Source: Squalus acanthias
Lineage: Eukaryota
Direction of reading: 5' to 3'
DNA length: 64,000 nt
NCBI GenBank assembly: GCA_030390025.1
Contig: CM059432.1
Coordinates: forward strand, 6,386,001-6,450,000
Shown one piece after another: positions 24,936 through 37,844 of the stretch; the first letter of the stretch is position 1, and every line of letters starts with the position of its first letter. The position numbers and the translations under genes were made by a program. The notes beneath the pieces were generated by a model. That model made no database searches and was not told where the DNA came from. It saw nothing but the letters and a program-made list of their open reading frames with translations.

Positions 24936-25694
24936 GGCCCAGATTTTGCGGGAGTGCCGCATCTATCGGCGTGCCCTGTCAGTTAGACTTGCTTGTGCAC
25001 ATTTAGGCTTTTAAAATATTTTGCCCACGAAGTTGCTGGAAGTGCAAGCTGATAAAGGCACAGGGAGGGCAACGGGGCATCTGGGACCTGTGTGAACAGG
25101 CCAACCAACAGTGTACCACCTTAACCAATGAAATTTAAGGATTGAGAAAGAAACGGAGGAAGGACTGAGAAGGAGGGTGAATTAGAGTGGGTGAATGCAA
25201 TGTCAAATCAGGTACAGAAAGAGAAATAAAGAGAAGGAAAGAAAGCTTGGATTAAGAGAGAGAGATGAAAAAAAGAGACGGAAAGGAAAAGTAAAAAAAA
25301 TTCTTAAATTTGACATTTAAAAAAAAAATCAGGACCTGAAGGAATGAGACTCCACACTTTTAATTGTTCACTTTCTGGGCCAGGAGGTTGGTTAGCAGTC
25401 ATTAACAATGATCACGTTGTTAAAAGAATGCTCATGCTGTTAATTACTAGTCTTAACTTTTTGTGGTGAGTTTAATGGGCAATTAACGTGCAAATGTAGC
25501 AACTTCATGAAAGTCACGGGGAGGTTAAGGGCGAGATGGTGTTTTCATGAAGCGAACGGCGCATATTGTCCAGCAACTTGTGACGATTCGCAATTCATGG
25601 GGTATCGCTTCCTCGCCATAAGTTGCTGGACGATTCAGCTAAATAACGGCGAGCGTCGTTCACACGCTGTAATTTTTTCAGCAAATTCTGGGCC
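24936..25694 (+). mobile_element. PIF/Harbinger-like MITE (family A), complete
   Basis: TIR ggcccagattttgc / gcaaattctgggcc; flanks ATT/AAT. Confidence 0.85.
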
Positions 25695-25848
25695 AATATT
25701 TTAGCGTTTAGCAATTTCTGCTCCGTTATTTCAAGATGGACTGTGTTGCTTAGAATTGATTTTACGCCTGTCGTAATTCTAATTTGCGTTCATTTTTGGT
25801 AAACAAATGTTGAATTTTAAAGCAAACAGAAAGCCTCTAATTATCACT

Positions 25849-28472
25849 CTAATTAGAACAGTACAGCACAGTACAGGCCCTTCGGCCCTCGATGTTGTGC
25901 CGAGCATTGTCCGAGACCAAGATCAAGCTATCACACTCCCTATCACTCTGGTGTGCTCCATGTGCTTATCCAATAACCGCTTGAAAGTTCCTAAAGTGTC
26001 CGACTCCACTATCACAGCAGGCAGTCCATTCCACACCCCAACCACTTTCTGAGTAAAGAATCTACCTCGGACATCCCTTCTATATCTCCCCCCATGCACC
26101 TTATAGTTATGCCCCCTTGTAACAGCTGCCTCTACCCGAGGAAATAGTCTCTGAACATCCACTCTATCTATCCCCCTCATCATCTTATAAACCTCTATTA
26201 AGTCGCCTCTCATCCTCCTCCGCTCTAAAGAGAAAAGCCCCAACTCCCTCAATCTTTCCTCATAAGACCTCCCCCCAAACCAGGCAGCATCCTGGTAAAT
26301 CTCCTTTGCACTCTTTCCAATGCTTCCACGTCCTTCCTATAGTGAGGTGACCAGAACTGCACACAATATTCCAAATGTGGTCTCACCAAGGTCCTGTACA
26401 GTTGCAGCATAACCTCACGGTTCTTAAACTCAAACCCTCTGTTAATAAACGCCAACACACCATAGGCCTTCTTTACTGCTCTATCCACTTGAGTGGCAAC
26501 CTTCAGAGATCTGTGGATATGAACCCCCAGATCCCTCTGCTCCTCCACGTTCCTCAGAACCCTGCCGTTGACCCTGTAATCCTTATTCAAATTTGCCCTA
26601 CCAAAATGAATCACCTCGCACTTATCAGGGTTAAATTCCATCTGCCATTTTTCGGCCCAGCTCTGCATCCTATCAATGTCTCTTTGCAGCCTACAACTGC
26701 CCTCCACCTCATCCACTGCTCCACCAATCTTGGTGTCATCAGCAAATTTACTGATCCACCCTTCAGTCCCCTCCTCCAAGTCATTGATAAAAATCACAAA
26801 CAGCAGAGGACCCAGCACCGACCCCTGTGGCACACCGCTGGTAACTGGTCTCCAGTCCGAAAATGTTCCATCCACCACCACCCTCTGCCTTCTATGAGAT
26901 AGCCAGTTACTTATCCAATCGGCCAAATTTCCCTCTATCCCACAACTCCTTACTTTCTTCATGAGCCGACCATGGGGAACCTTATCAAACGCCTTACTAA
27001 AATCCATGTATACGACATCAACTGCTCTACCTTCATCTACACACTTAGTTACCTCCTCAAAGAATTCAATCAAATTTGTTAGGCAAGACTTACCCTTCAC
27101 GAATCCGTGTTGACTATCCCTGATTAAGTTGCCCCTTTCCAAATGGTCATAAATCCTATCCCTCAGGACCTTTTCCATTATCTTACCAACCACCGAAGTA
27201 AGACTAACCGGCCTATAATTACCAGGGTCATTCCTATTTCCTTTCTTGAAGAGAGGAACAACATTCGCCACTCTCCAGTCCTCTGGCACCATTCCCGTGG
27301 ACAGTGAGGACCCAAAGATCAAAGCCAGAGGCTCTGCAATCTCCTCCCTTGCCTCCCAAAGAATCCTAGGATATATCCCATCTGGCCCAGGGGACTTATC
27401 GACCCTCAGGTTCTTCAAAATTGCTAAAACATCTTCCCTCAGAACATCTACCACCTCCAGCCTATCCACCTTTATCACACTCTCATCCTCAAGAACATGG
27501 CCCCTCTCCTCGGTGAACACTGACGAAAAGTATTCATTCATCACCTCTCCTATCTCTTCTGACTCCATGCACAAGTTCCCACTACTGTCCTTGACCGGCC
27601 CTACCCTCACCCTGGTCATTCTTTTATTTCTCACATAAGAGTAAAAGGCCTTGGGGTTTTTCTTGATCCGACCCGCCAAGGACTTCTCATGCCCCCTCCT
27701 AGCTCTCCTAAGCTCTTTTTTTAGCTCATTCCTTGCTACCTTGTACCCCTCAATCGACCCAACTGGACCTTGTTTTCTCATCCTTACATACGCTTCCTTT
27801 TTCCTCTTGACTAGACATTCAACCTCTTTTGTGAACCATGGTTCTCTCACTCGGCCATTTCCTCCCTGCCTGACAGGGACATACCTATCAAGGACACGCA
27901 GTAATTGCTCCATGAAAAAGCTCCACTTTTCGTTTGTGCCTTTCCCTGATAGTTTCTGTTCCCATCTTATACTCCCTAATTCTTGCCTAATCGCATCATA
28001 ATTACCCCTCCCCCAATTATAAACCGTGCCCTGCCGTATGGCCCTATCCCTCTCCATTGCAATAGTGAAAGTTACCGAATTGTGGTCACTATCTCCAAAG
28101 TGCTCTCCCACATACAAATCAAACACTTGGCCCGGTTCATTACCCAGTACCAAATCCAACGTGGCCCCAGCTCTTGTCGGCCTATCCACATATTGTGTCA
28201 GGAAACCCTCCTGCACACACTGTGCAAAAACTATCCCATCCGAACTGTTTGACCTATAAAGGTTCCAATCAATATTTGGAAAGTTGAAGTCACCCATGAC
28301 AACTACTCTGTGACCTCCACACCTATTCATAATCTGCTTTGCAATTTCTTCCTCCACATCTTTATTACTATTTGGGGGCCTGTAGAAAACTCCTAACAAC
28401 GTGACCGCTCCTTTCCTATTTCTAACTTCAGCCCATATTACCTCAGACGGCAGATCCCCCTCGAACTGCCTT
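25849..28472 (-). mobile_element. Young 5'-truncated CR1 LINE with near-intact ORF2 (endonuclease C-terminal part plus reverse transcriptase)
   Basis: 716-aa open frame with [37 protein letters not shown] and FADD motifs; one frameshift near 26270; the ORF continues in 25923-26252. Confidence 0.97.
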
Positions 28473-29302
28473 TGTTGACTGAATTATGTTGACAGAAAAT
28501 ATAACTTTCTAATGAGTGATACTAGTGCAACAGCGAGAGGGAGAGAGAGAGAGACACGGACATAAATAGTGAATGTTTTTTCTCATTTTAATTTTAGTTT
28601 TTAGAATAAAAACATAGTTTACTTTTGAAAGCAGAATACCTCCACTTATCACATGATTATTACCTACATATTGTTAATAGTTAAAAAAAAATTAGTATGT
28701 GGGCACCACTGGCAAGGTTGGCATTTATTGCCCTTCCCTAGGTGTCCTGAGAAAGTGGTGTGGAACCATCTTTTTGAACCACAGTAGTCCATGGTAATAA
28801 CATGTATTTAAGTTTTATCCCTTGTCATTTTACAATCGGAGAATACACAGTCAGCTGATGTGCAAGGTGCAGTAGTTGAAGGTAGGTATCTGGTATGTAG
28901 TAATAATAGAGAGGGGACTGGAGTTTAGTTGCACCTGGGGATATTTGTTGGGTGGGGGTGGGGGGTAGTCCTAGACTTTGATAACGCTGAAGGGTGGTCC
29001 TAGGCTTTGGTTGCACTCATGGCTTCTTGGTGTCTGTCAGCTGTGATGGAAGGAGGGTGGGGGGAAGGGTTACACATGCCTGATAGCACTGGGTGGAAGT
29101 GAGGTTCTCCCATGTCTGACAGTACTAGTTTATTTTCAACTTTTTAGAGATCTCTGCATGGTGTTTTGTAATTCATTCTTTGGGGTGTATGGCTGTGTCG
29201 ATTGGTGTATTTTTTCTTTTTTTCTCTCTCGCTTTGTTTTCTTTTCTCTCTCTCTCTATTTTGTTTCTCCTTTTCTTTTCCCCTCTATCTTTCTCTTTAT
29301 TA

Positions 29303-29500
29303 TCCCTCAATATTCATCCCTCAATCAACATCACTAAAACAGATTATCTAGTCATGATCACATTGCTGTTTGTGGGGCCTTGCTGTGTGCAAATTGGCTG
29401 CCGCGTTTCCTACATTACAACAATGACTACACTTCAAAAGTACTTCATTGGCTGTAAAGTACTGAGGTCATGAAAGGCGCTATATAGGTGCAAGTCTTTC
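29303..29500 (+). mobile_element. Deu-domain SINE 3' half
   Basis: atccctcaatcaacatcactaaaacagatt...ggcgctata. Confidence 0.8.
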
Positions 29501-30017
29501 TCTCTCCTTTCTTTCTCTTTCGATGACTATTCCCCCCCCCCCCCCCTCCCACTTTCTCTCCCATTACTGCTTTTGGCAGAAGCTGAAACCACAAATAAGA
29601 ACCTTAATGAACATATTACGATACAGGACAATTCACTGGATAAATTTAATGAAGTTACTGTAAAATATGTAATGTTTTGATTTTTAAAAAAGAATTGTGG
29701 TTAATATTGTAATTTGCACATGAAAATGTCAGAAAAATAAGCAGACATCAACAAACTGACAGCAAAATGTTAACATTTTCCTATAGAGTTTTCCCATTAT
29801 AAATGGTAGCGTGGGTAGTTTCAATGTTAAATCTTCACATAAAAATCTTAACTCAGAAGTAAGGTTTGTGAACATGCAATAGGCAAGATTTTAAAATTAT
29901 ATATCGATGCATCAATCTGTACACACAGTATGTGTGAGCTTTCTGTTTTGGATAATTGCACAATGGTGCTGTCGTTCGTATTTTTATAATAATTTCAATC
30001 TACTGCATGCTCTTCAG

Positions 30018-30199
30018 CTCCAGAATTGGTATTGAGGAAGGTGATCAACTTTTCTGATTGCACTGTTTGCCTGGACAAGCGAAATGCAAGTGGAAAGATT
30101 GAGTTTTACCAGGACCCTTTGCTCTACAAATGCTCCTTCTGCACCCGATTGCACTTTACCTATGACAACCTCAACTCTAAAATTCCATCCATCATCAAG
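30018..30199 (+). CDS. VPS13B: VPS13B coding exon (exon 6 equivalent), APELVLRKVINFSDCTVCLDKRNASGKIEFYQDPLLYKCSFCTRLHFTYDNLNSKIPSIIK
   Basis: cttcAG acceptor and GTacgt donor; 182 bp; phase 1-0; strong match to VPS13B. Confidence 0.97.
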
Positions 30200-30768
30200 G
30201 TACGTATCTAAGAGCATTTTGTATTCGTAGGGCGGGGCAGACTGAATTATTATTGGGGAATGATTGCAGAAGAGTTTAAGTAGGTGTTAATGGCCAGTTT
30301 TCAAGTACCAAATGTATATGTCACAGCACTTCATCAGTTTTGTGCATCTTGAGATAATACATTTTCAGAAATATGACTTTTCAACATGCTGATTGTACAA
30401 TGTCATTTTTAAGAATATTTCTGTAGAGCTGTGTATACTCTTAAAATGTAAATAAATATGCAAACTCGTTGCATCTAAAAACCTTTAAAAAAATTACATG
30501 CAATTTTTTCCAGTGGAAGAAAATGTTGTTCAAATGGAGTGTGTTTAATCTTCAGAAACATCTTGCATAAATCCTGTTGATGGTCTTCTTTCCTGTATCT
30601 TAAATTTGAAATTAGTTAAGTTGATGATGTGAGTATGGCACAGTGGGATCCCAGGAATTCTTTCTGATAAGATTATGTGGAATGCAGGTGGGTAATGGAA
30701 TTCAGTTACCTTTGAATTCGGTAATATTTCATGAATGAAGGAATCAGTCAAAGCAAATACAGACTTCA

Positions 30769-31190
30769 AGTGTCAACTGTGGCTCAGTGGGTAGCACCCT
30801 CGCCTCTGAGTCAGAAGGTTGTGGGTACAAGACCCAGTCCAGGGATTTGAGCACCAAAATCTCGGCAGTACTGAGGGAGTGCTGCACTGTCGGAGGAATG
30901 GCTTAGCTGGCGCCTCACTGCCCTCTCTGGTGGACGTAAAAGATCCTATTGCACTATTTCGAAGAAGAGCAGGGGAGTTATCCCCGGTGTCCTAGCCAAT
31001 ATTTATCCCTCAATAACATCACTAAAATAAAACAGATTATCAGGTCATTATCACATTGTTGTTTGTGGGAGCTTGATGTGCGCAAATTGGCTGTCACGTT
31101 TCCGACATTAGAACAGTGACTACACTTCAAAAAGCACTTTAGGACGTCCAGTGGTTGTGAAAGGAGCTATATAAATGCAAGTCTTTCTTT
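30769..31190 (+). mobile_element. Deu-domain SINE carrying a foreign internal patch
   Basis: A/B boxes, Deu core and tail; 30894-30924 replaces part of the consensus. Confidence 0.9.
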
Positions 31191-31359
31191 TTTTCTTTTC
31201 TTTTACACATAGTTTTTTTCTTTCACACCATTCTGTGTTCGCTCTTGAAATAACCAGAGATTTTTATACAAGGCAAGTTGATGGTGAACAATTACAAATG
31301 CGAATTTAGTGTTACTAGAAGTTTGTGATGCAAATTAAACAAAAGAATAGAGGATTTTT

Positions 31360-31726
31360 AAAAATTCATTTACGGGATGTGGGCGTCGCTGGCAAGGCCA
31401 GCATTTATTGCCTGCCCCTAATTGCCTTTGAGAAGGTGCCACCATTTAAGATTCAACCACATTGCTGTGGGTCTGGGGTCACATATAGGCCAGACTGGGT
31501 AAGGATGGCAGATTTCCTTTCCTAAAGGACATTAGTGAACCAGATGGGTTTTTTGCGACATTCCGGTAGTTTCATAGTTACTGACACTAGCTTTTTTTTA
31601 AATTCCAGAGTTAATTAACTGAATTTTAAATTCCCCAGCTGCTGTGGTGGGATTTGAACTCCTGTCTCCGGATCATTCGTCCAGGCCTCTGGATTACTCG
31701 TCCAGTAACATAACCACTATGCTACT
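31360..31726 (-). mobile_element. tRNA-derived SINE (family 2)
   Basis: Family-2 consensus on the minus strand. Confidence 0.87.
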
Positions 31727-31939
31727 AGGCATATCTTTTGCCTGGCAGTTGTACTTCATCAATATCTTCACTGGTGAGAGCGACCAGTTAATTACTGATG
31801 CCAATAAATTATAGCGGACCTGCCTAGATATTTACTACATGTCACTGTTGTCCATGAAGCATTTACGCATATGTTTTTAAATGCTTTTAGTGATTTCTTG
31901 ATGACCAGCTGCTGAAATGAAGCTGTAACACAGCAGTTA

Positions 31940-32055
31940 CCCAGAGAGTGGTAAGAATATGGAACTTGCTACCATTTGGACTAGTTGAGGCGAATAACAT
32001 AGATGCCTTTAAGGGGAAACCAGATAAGTACATGAGGAGAAAGGAATAGAAGTAA
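31940..32055 (+). mobile_element. CR1 3' fragment
   Basis: cagagagtggtaagaatatggaac...gttgaggcgaat (QRVVRIWN). Confidence 0.6.
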
Positions 32056-33519
32056 ATGCAAAAAAAGGCATACACTGTACTTTTCAAGTGCGTACAGGCG
32101 TATTTCTTCACCAAGGCTGGTCATCCTTCAATCATTTTATCTATTCTCAATTTTCAAGTGCAGTCGAAGTGTTAATTAATCATGTCAGAGAATATTTTAG
32201 AATTACCCTCCCTCTTATTTCCCTTCCCCAACATACATAATCATTCAGACACAGTCTTGCTGCCAAAAGTCTCTAAATGCTGTTCTGTAACTGTGACAAA
32301 AATAAGTCACTTTTGTCTAGGATTTGGTTTGGTTTGGTAGCTGTCCCTTTAAACCCAGTTATATTGGTCCTGAATTTCCTGGAGACTTGCACCATTCTAA
32401 TTGTGCTTCGATGTAATTGGACAGATGGAGCAAGTTGCCCAATGCAGAGCAAATTTTAAGCATCATTTTTCTGTGCACACAAGAAATACTCATGTGGAGG
32501 AACCAGAACTAACATAGTCATGGACAACTTTATCTTGCTTAGATCTCCCCTACAAGCATTCCTAATACAGGATGAATCAACTCCCCAATTATTCACATCT
32601 TCAGTTCTGAACATAATTTATAAGATATATAAAAGAGGTCATGTAACATTCTTGTATATTTCCCCTAATTGAGCTTTCTGCCACAAAGAAAAACTATTCT
32701 AGTCAAGTAACCTAAAAGGGAAAACCCTTTATGCAAGTGCTCGGAAAATAATTTTTTGGGGGGACAGATACCAAGTGTCTTTTTCACCAGGATGTTACAT
32801 ACAAGCATAACCATGATGCATTTTGACAGTGTCATTGCATTAGTGTTGAAATGTTTTCCCAGAAGACAATGTCCCTTCAATGCATGTCAAGCACAAGTAA
32901 GTAGATAAGAAATATATAAAGACACTTGATGATGTGACCTTCACTTTCCATTCTTGAATTGGGTACAATTCAATTCAGTACTGATGGGATGAATATCAGC
33001 TTTGTGCAACTATAAGTATAATGACGCTCTAATCTAGTTACTAATGAGTGTGAATACATCACAAAACTATCAATCATTAGTGGTCTCTGCTTTTGAGGTG
33101 GGAGTTAAACCACACTTTTGGGACAATATAGTATCCTGTGTCGTACCTGACATGGGAGGGCTTTCTGCACTGAATGCAAAAGGTGATAAATGTTCCTCTG
33201 CCCAGCATTAATATTGCTCAAATTGAAGGGGAAAAAAATCCAAAATATTGAGGGGGACAAAAGCATAAAGTACACAGCTACTCTCCAGTTTTTTCATTGC
33301 CATGGGGGTGAATAAAAAATCTAAACCTGTACAATTACTGATTGAAATAAAAATTTAAAAGAACTCTGAGAAATTTGAAATTAGCATGGCTATCTCGTCA
33401 GTGGGAAACTCTGCTTAAGAGAGGTTAGTAATTCGGGGTTGTAGTTCAATACTATGATAAACTTAAGGTGCAACAACATTTTGGAAAAAAAATAAAATGA
33501 CGATCAACTCGCATTCATC

Positions 33520-33818
33520 ACACAGATTCAATGAGATTTGCAAAAGAACCAAAGACGACATGAGGAAAAACTTTTGTTCGCAGCGAGTGGTTAGGATTTG
33601 GCATGCACTGCCTGAAAGGGTGGTGGAGGCAGACTCAATTGTTGCTTTCAAAAGGGAATTGGATAAGTACCTGAAGGAAAAAAGATTTGCAGGGCTACGG
33701 GGAAAGGACGGGGGAGTGGGACTGGCTGAAGTGCTCTTGCAGAGAGCCGGCACGGGCTCGACAGGCCGAATGGCCTCCTTCTGTGCTGTAACCATTCTAT
33801 GATTCTGTGATTCTATGA
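33520..33818 (+). mobile_element. CR1 3' end
   Basis: QRVVRIWHALPERVVEADSIVAFKRELD followed by an (attctatg)n tail. Confidence 0.9.
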
Positions 33819-34781
33819 CTACTGACCAAGATCACATAAATTGACCATTTTATAAGGTTAACGGAGAATAACCTCGGAACCTAATAGGATCACTTCTACC
33901 AATTTTAATAAGAAGTTCTGGCCATGGACACCAAATACAAAAATTTAAATGGAAACTGTGAAAGATGAAAAAAAAATTGGTTCTTTCTGCATGGAACAGT
34001 TGAATAAGGATTAAATAAACCTAACTTGGATAACTGGCATTTTTGATAACTAGACATCTGTGAGTGGTGTTTCTGATCTTTGAACGTGAGACCAAGATTT
34101 CTCCCCTTGAAATTTCAAATCAGGCAGAAAACCATAACTCCGAAATCTGGAGAGCACTGTATCCAGAGGAGACTAAAAGATAACTGTTGATCTTTCTCAC
34201 AGCTTCCTCCCCCCCCCCCCCCCCCCCCCGGCTCCAGGACCTGGAGTTAACATAACCTCTAGTTACGAAGGGGGAATGTCGATGAACATTTGCAGTTAGT
34301 AATTCTTTGGCAAGGGAAATCCATTCTTCCCTCAATATCTGAATTTATACAATACTGTAATCAGGTATCCCGAGGCTTTTGTCCTTGTGCACCAGAAAAT
34401 AGATTATAATGGTGATATCCTTTCAACAAGTCAGTGAAAGATTTTGGGTGGGGAGACATCAAGCAGAACCCTGCAGCTGCTTCCCCACATTAAAGAAAAT
34501 AAATCATAAAATAAAGGGAAAATAGCCCTAAGCTGCTCCTGTGCAACTTGTTCCAGCAACTTCAAGCATTAGTGGAAGTCTGGGAGTATGTTGGCCATTG
34601 CTGGTCGGCCTTGGGCAATGGAAAATAAAGGAACTTCTGTCTTCAAGAAGTAAATACATTTAAGAAGGTTATGAATGCTGTCCAAAACTGCGCTCAAAAT
34701 ACATTTGCACATTTATTGCAAATCACTTCAGTGGCATCTAGTTCAATTCTAGTACTTAATACTAGGTTGATATCTGCATAC

Positions 34782-35921
34782 TGAACATATGAACAGAAGA
34801 AATAGGAGCAGGAGTAGGCCATTTGGCCCTTCGAGCCTGCTTCGCCATTCAATAAGATCATGGCTGATCTTCTACCTCAACTCCACTTTCCTGTGCTATT
34901 TCCCATATCCCTTGATTCCCTTAATATTTACAAATCTATTGATCTCTGCCCTGAATATACTCAACGACTGAGCCTCCACAGCTCTCTGGGGTAGAGAATT
35001 CCAAAGATTCACCACCCTCTGAGTGAAGAAATTTCTCCTCATCTCAGTCCTAAATGGCCGACCCCTTATTCTGCGACTGTGACCCCTGGTTCTAGACTCC
35101 CCAGCCAGGGGAACATCCTCCCTGCATCTACCCTGTCAAGCCCTGGAAAAATTTTGTATGTTTCAATGAGATCACCTCTCATTCGTCTAAACTCTAGGGA
35201 AATATAGGCCTAGTCTACACAATCTCTCCTCATAGGACAATCCCCCAATCCCAGGAATCAGTCTGGTGAACTTTCGTCACACTCCCTCTATGGCAAGTAT
35301 ATCCTTCTTTGGGTAAGGAAACCAAAACTGTACACACTACTCCAGGTGTGGTCTCACCAAGGCCCTGTATAATTGCAGTAAGACGTCTTTAATCTTATAC
35401 TCAGATCCTTTTGTAATAAAGGCCAACCTACCATTTGCTTTCCTAATTTCTTGCTGTACCTGCATGTTAACTTTCAGTGATTCATGTACAAGGACACCCA
35501 GGTTCCTCTGAACACCAACATTTCCCAATTTCTCACCATTTAAAAAATACTCTGCTTTTCTATTTTTCCCTACCAAAGTGGATAACTTCACATTTCTCCA
35601 CATTATATTCCATTTGCCACATTTTTGCCCACTCGCTTAACCTGTCTATATCCCCTTGAAGCCTCTTTGCATCCTCCTCACAACTTACATTCCCACCTAG
35701 CTTTGTATCATCAGCAAACTTGGATATATTACATTTGGTTTCCTCATCCAAATCATTGATATAGATTGTAAATAGCTGAGGCCCAAGCACTGATCCTTGC
35801 GGTACCCCACCAGTTACAGCCTGCCAACCTGAAAATGACCCGTTTATCCTTACTCTCTGTTTTCTGTCCGTTAACCCATCCTCAATCCATGCTAGTATAT
35901 TACCCCCAATCCCATGAGCCC
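34782..35921 (-). mobile_element. CR1 LINE 3' ~1.1 kb
   Basis: LGPQLFTIYINDLD...[10 protein letters not shown] and [13 protein letters not shown]1 3' UTR. Confidence 0.92.
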
Positions 35922-36232
35922 TGAGTCACAAACTGTGTATACACACTGAACCACCCTGATCTCAATAACATGCCAAAATATTTCACTAAAAACCCAAGCA
36001 TTTGTCAATAATTTGATGAGGGAATTTCCAAAAATGTTGGCTTTAATTAGTGAGCGAGCAAGTTGGAGAAAATTCCCCAGTCGACTACCTTCAAGATGGT
36101 GGTGGGGGTGGCTCGTGTTGAACATGAAGACTGGCGTAGACCAGTTGGACCGAATGGCCTGGTTCTCAGTAAATTCAATGTAATTCAAAGTTAGTCATGT
36201 GATGTCATATACCTCAGATTTGACATTAATAG

Positions 36233-36675
36233 CGGGTACGGTAACATAGTGGTTCTGTAATCCAGAGACGACGAGTTCAAGTCCCACCACAGCAGCTGGG
36301 AAATTTAAATTCAGTTCAATAAATCTGGAATAAAAAGCTAGTATCAGTAATGGTGACCATAAAACTACTGGATTGTCGTAAAAATATGCAATGTAAATGT
36401 CAGTAGAACCCCATATTGAATTACAACCGTAAACTCAATTGCAGTAGTAAATGTACTTTTGGGAAGGAAATCTGCCGTCCTTACCTGGTCTGGCCTACAT
36501 ATGACTCCAGACCCTACAGCAATGTGGTTGACTCTTAACTGCCCTCTGAAATGTCCCAGTAAGCCACTCAGTTGTCAAGAAGGTGGCTCACCACCACCTT
36601 CTCGAGGGCAATTTGGGATGGGCAATAAATAAAATTCCCAGCGGCGCCCACATCCCGTGAATGAATAAAACAAAA
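36233..36675 (+). mobile_element. tRNA-derived SINE (family 2) with a foreign internal insertion
   Basis: Family-2 consensus; ~36385-36450 is not SINE sequence. Confidence 0.87.
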
Positions 36676-37844
36676 ATCCTCTTTAGTGCCCTATCATCTA
36701 CATTGCACTTTTTTCTATGGCACTGGATATCTTTTGAATAATAGAAAGGATGCTACAAACCAGCGTTTTTAGAAAAAAGGAGAAAAAAGAGACATAATTC
36801 CCTGAAATCCAGTACAGAAGTTGTATCTTGACGCATGTATTTCTGATCTATGATCCTGGGGTACAGCTTACAGACCAGTATGAACAATTTGATGCCTTTG
36901 GTGTATGAATCACTGATGTAACGTTTGCGTCAGTTTTTATGGTAGCTGCAATTGAGTAAGGCTGTAATTCATTCTGGGGTTCTGCTGACGTTTATAAACT
37001 GCTCAAGCTTCACTCTTGCAGTTGGACATATCAGAACTGCTTGATTGAATTACTGCGACGTAACGTGTTGCCAGCTATGAATTAACCTATATGTAATATT
37101 TAATTCCAGTGGTATGTCATCCCATTAGTGCAATAAATCATTTTTTTTGGTTCCATGTCGATATTGTAGAAACGTTGTTAAGAGTTTCGGGTTCCTGGCC
37201 CATTAACCCTTTCCACTCTTAAATTCCGAAAGATTCGACGTGACCATTATTGGTGACAGACTATTTTTATTCAGTAGAAGCGAGACTTAATACATTACAG
37301 TATCGGTCTTGTTCTGCTAGGACTGCTGCTGATGTCTGCCTTTTAATTTTAGTCAAGGAAGGCCCAGCACTTCGGTTTCTTCCATTTTAAAATCTAACCG
37401 GGTCCACTCAGGGCATATTACACAAGTTTAAAAGTATGATTATTCAAGAATCGTCGTGCAACAGTTACATAATACAAACTTGAACCTATAACTAATAATA
37501 CTTATTTCATTTAGACCATTTTAGTTCTTGGGGAGAATCCGAAATGGAGACATCCCAGGATTCTCACAATGTGTTTCTGTACTATTATACTGGAAATGCC
37601 TGTTAAGTTTAGGGTCTTTTCTCAGCATATTTTTCACTGGTTCACTGTCTCAGACCACTTGTAAGTGAGCCCTGCTTTTGACCCAGAATGCGTCTTTACT
37701 TGCTCAATGTCTAGGTACCTTGCAGCAAGGCCAAGGGTTGAACAGAAAACTCTTAACTGAATTTCAGCTATATAGTTATATGATGTGATCTCGTGATCTT
37801 CCTTGACTTCAGGGGACAGTCGAATAAATACTTCATTAGACTGT

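Noticed and set aside
26375..28259. Several + strand ORFs of 70-175 aa
   Set aside because: Antisense shadows of the CR1 ORF2. The same applies to most ORF-track entries over LINEs and SINEs.
25809..28478. tgttga on both sides of the young CR1 as a TSD
   Set aside because: The left copy is about 35 bp from the element end, so it is probably chance.
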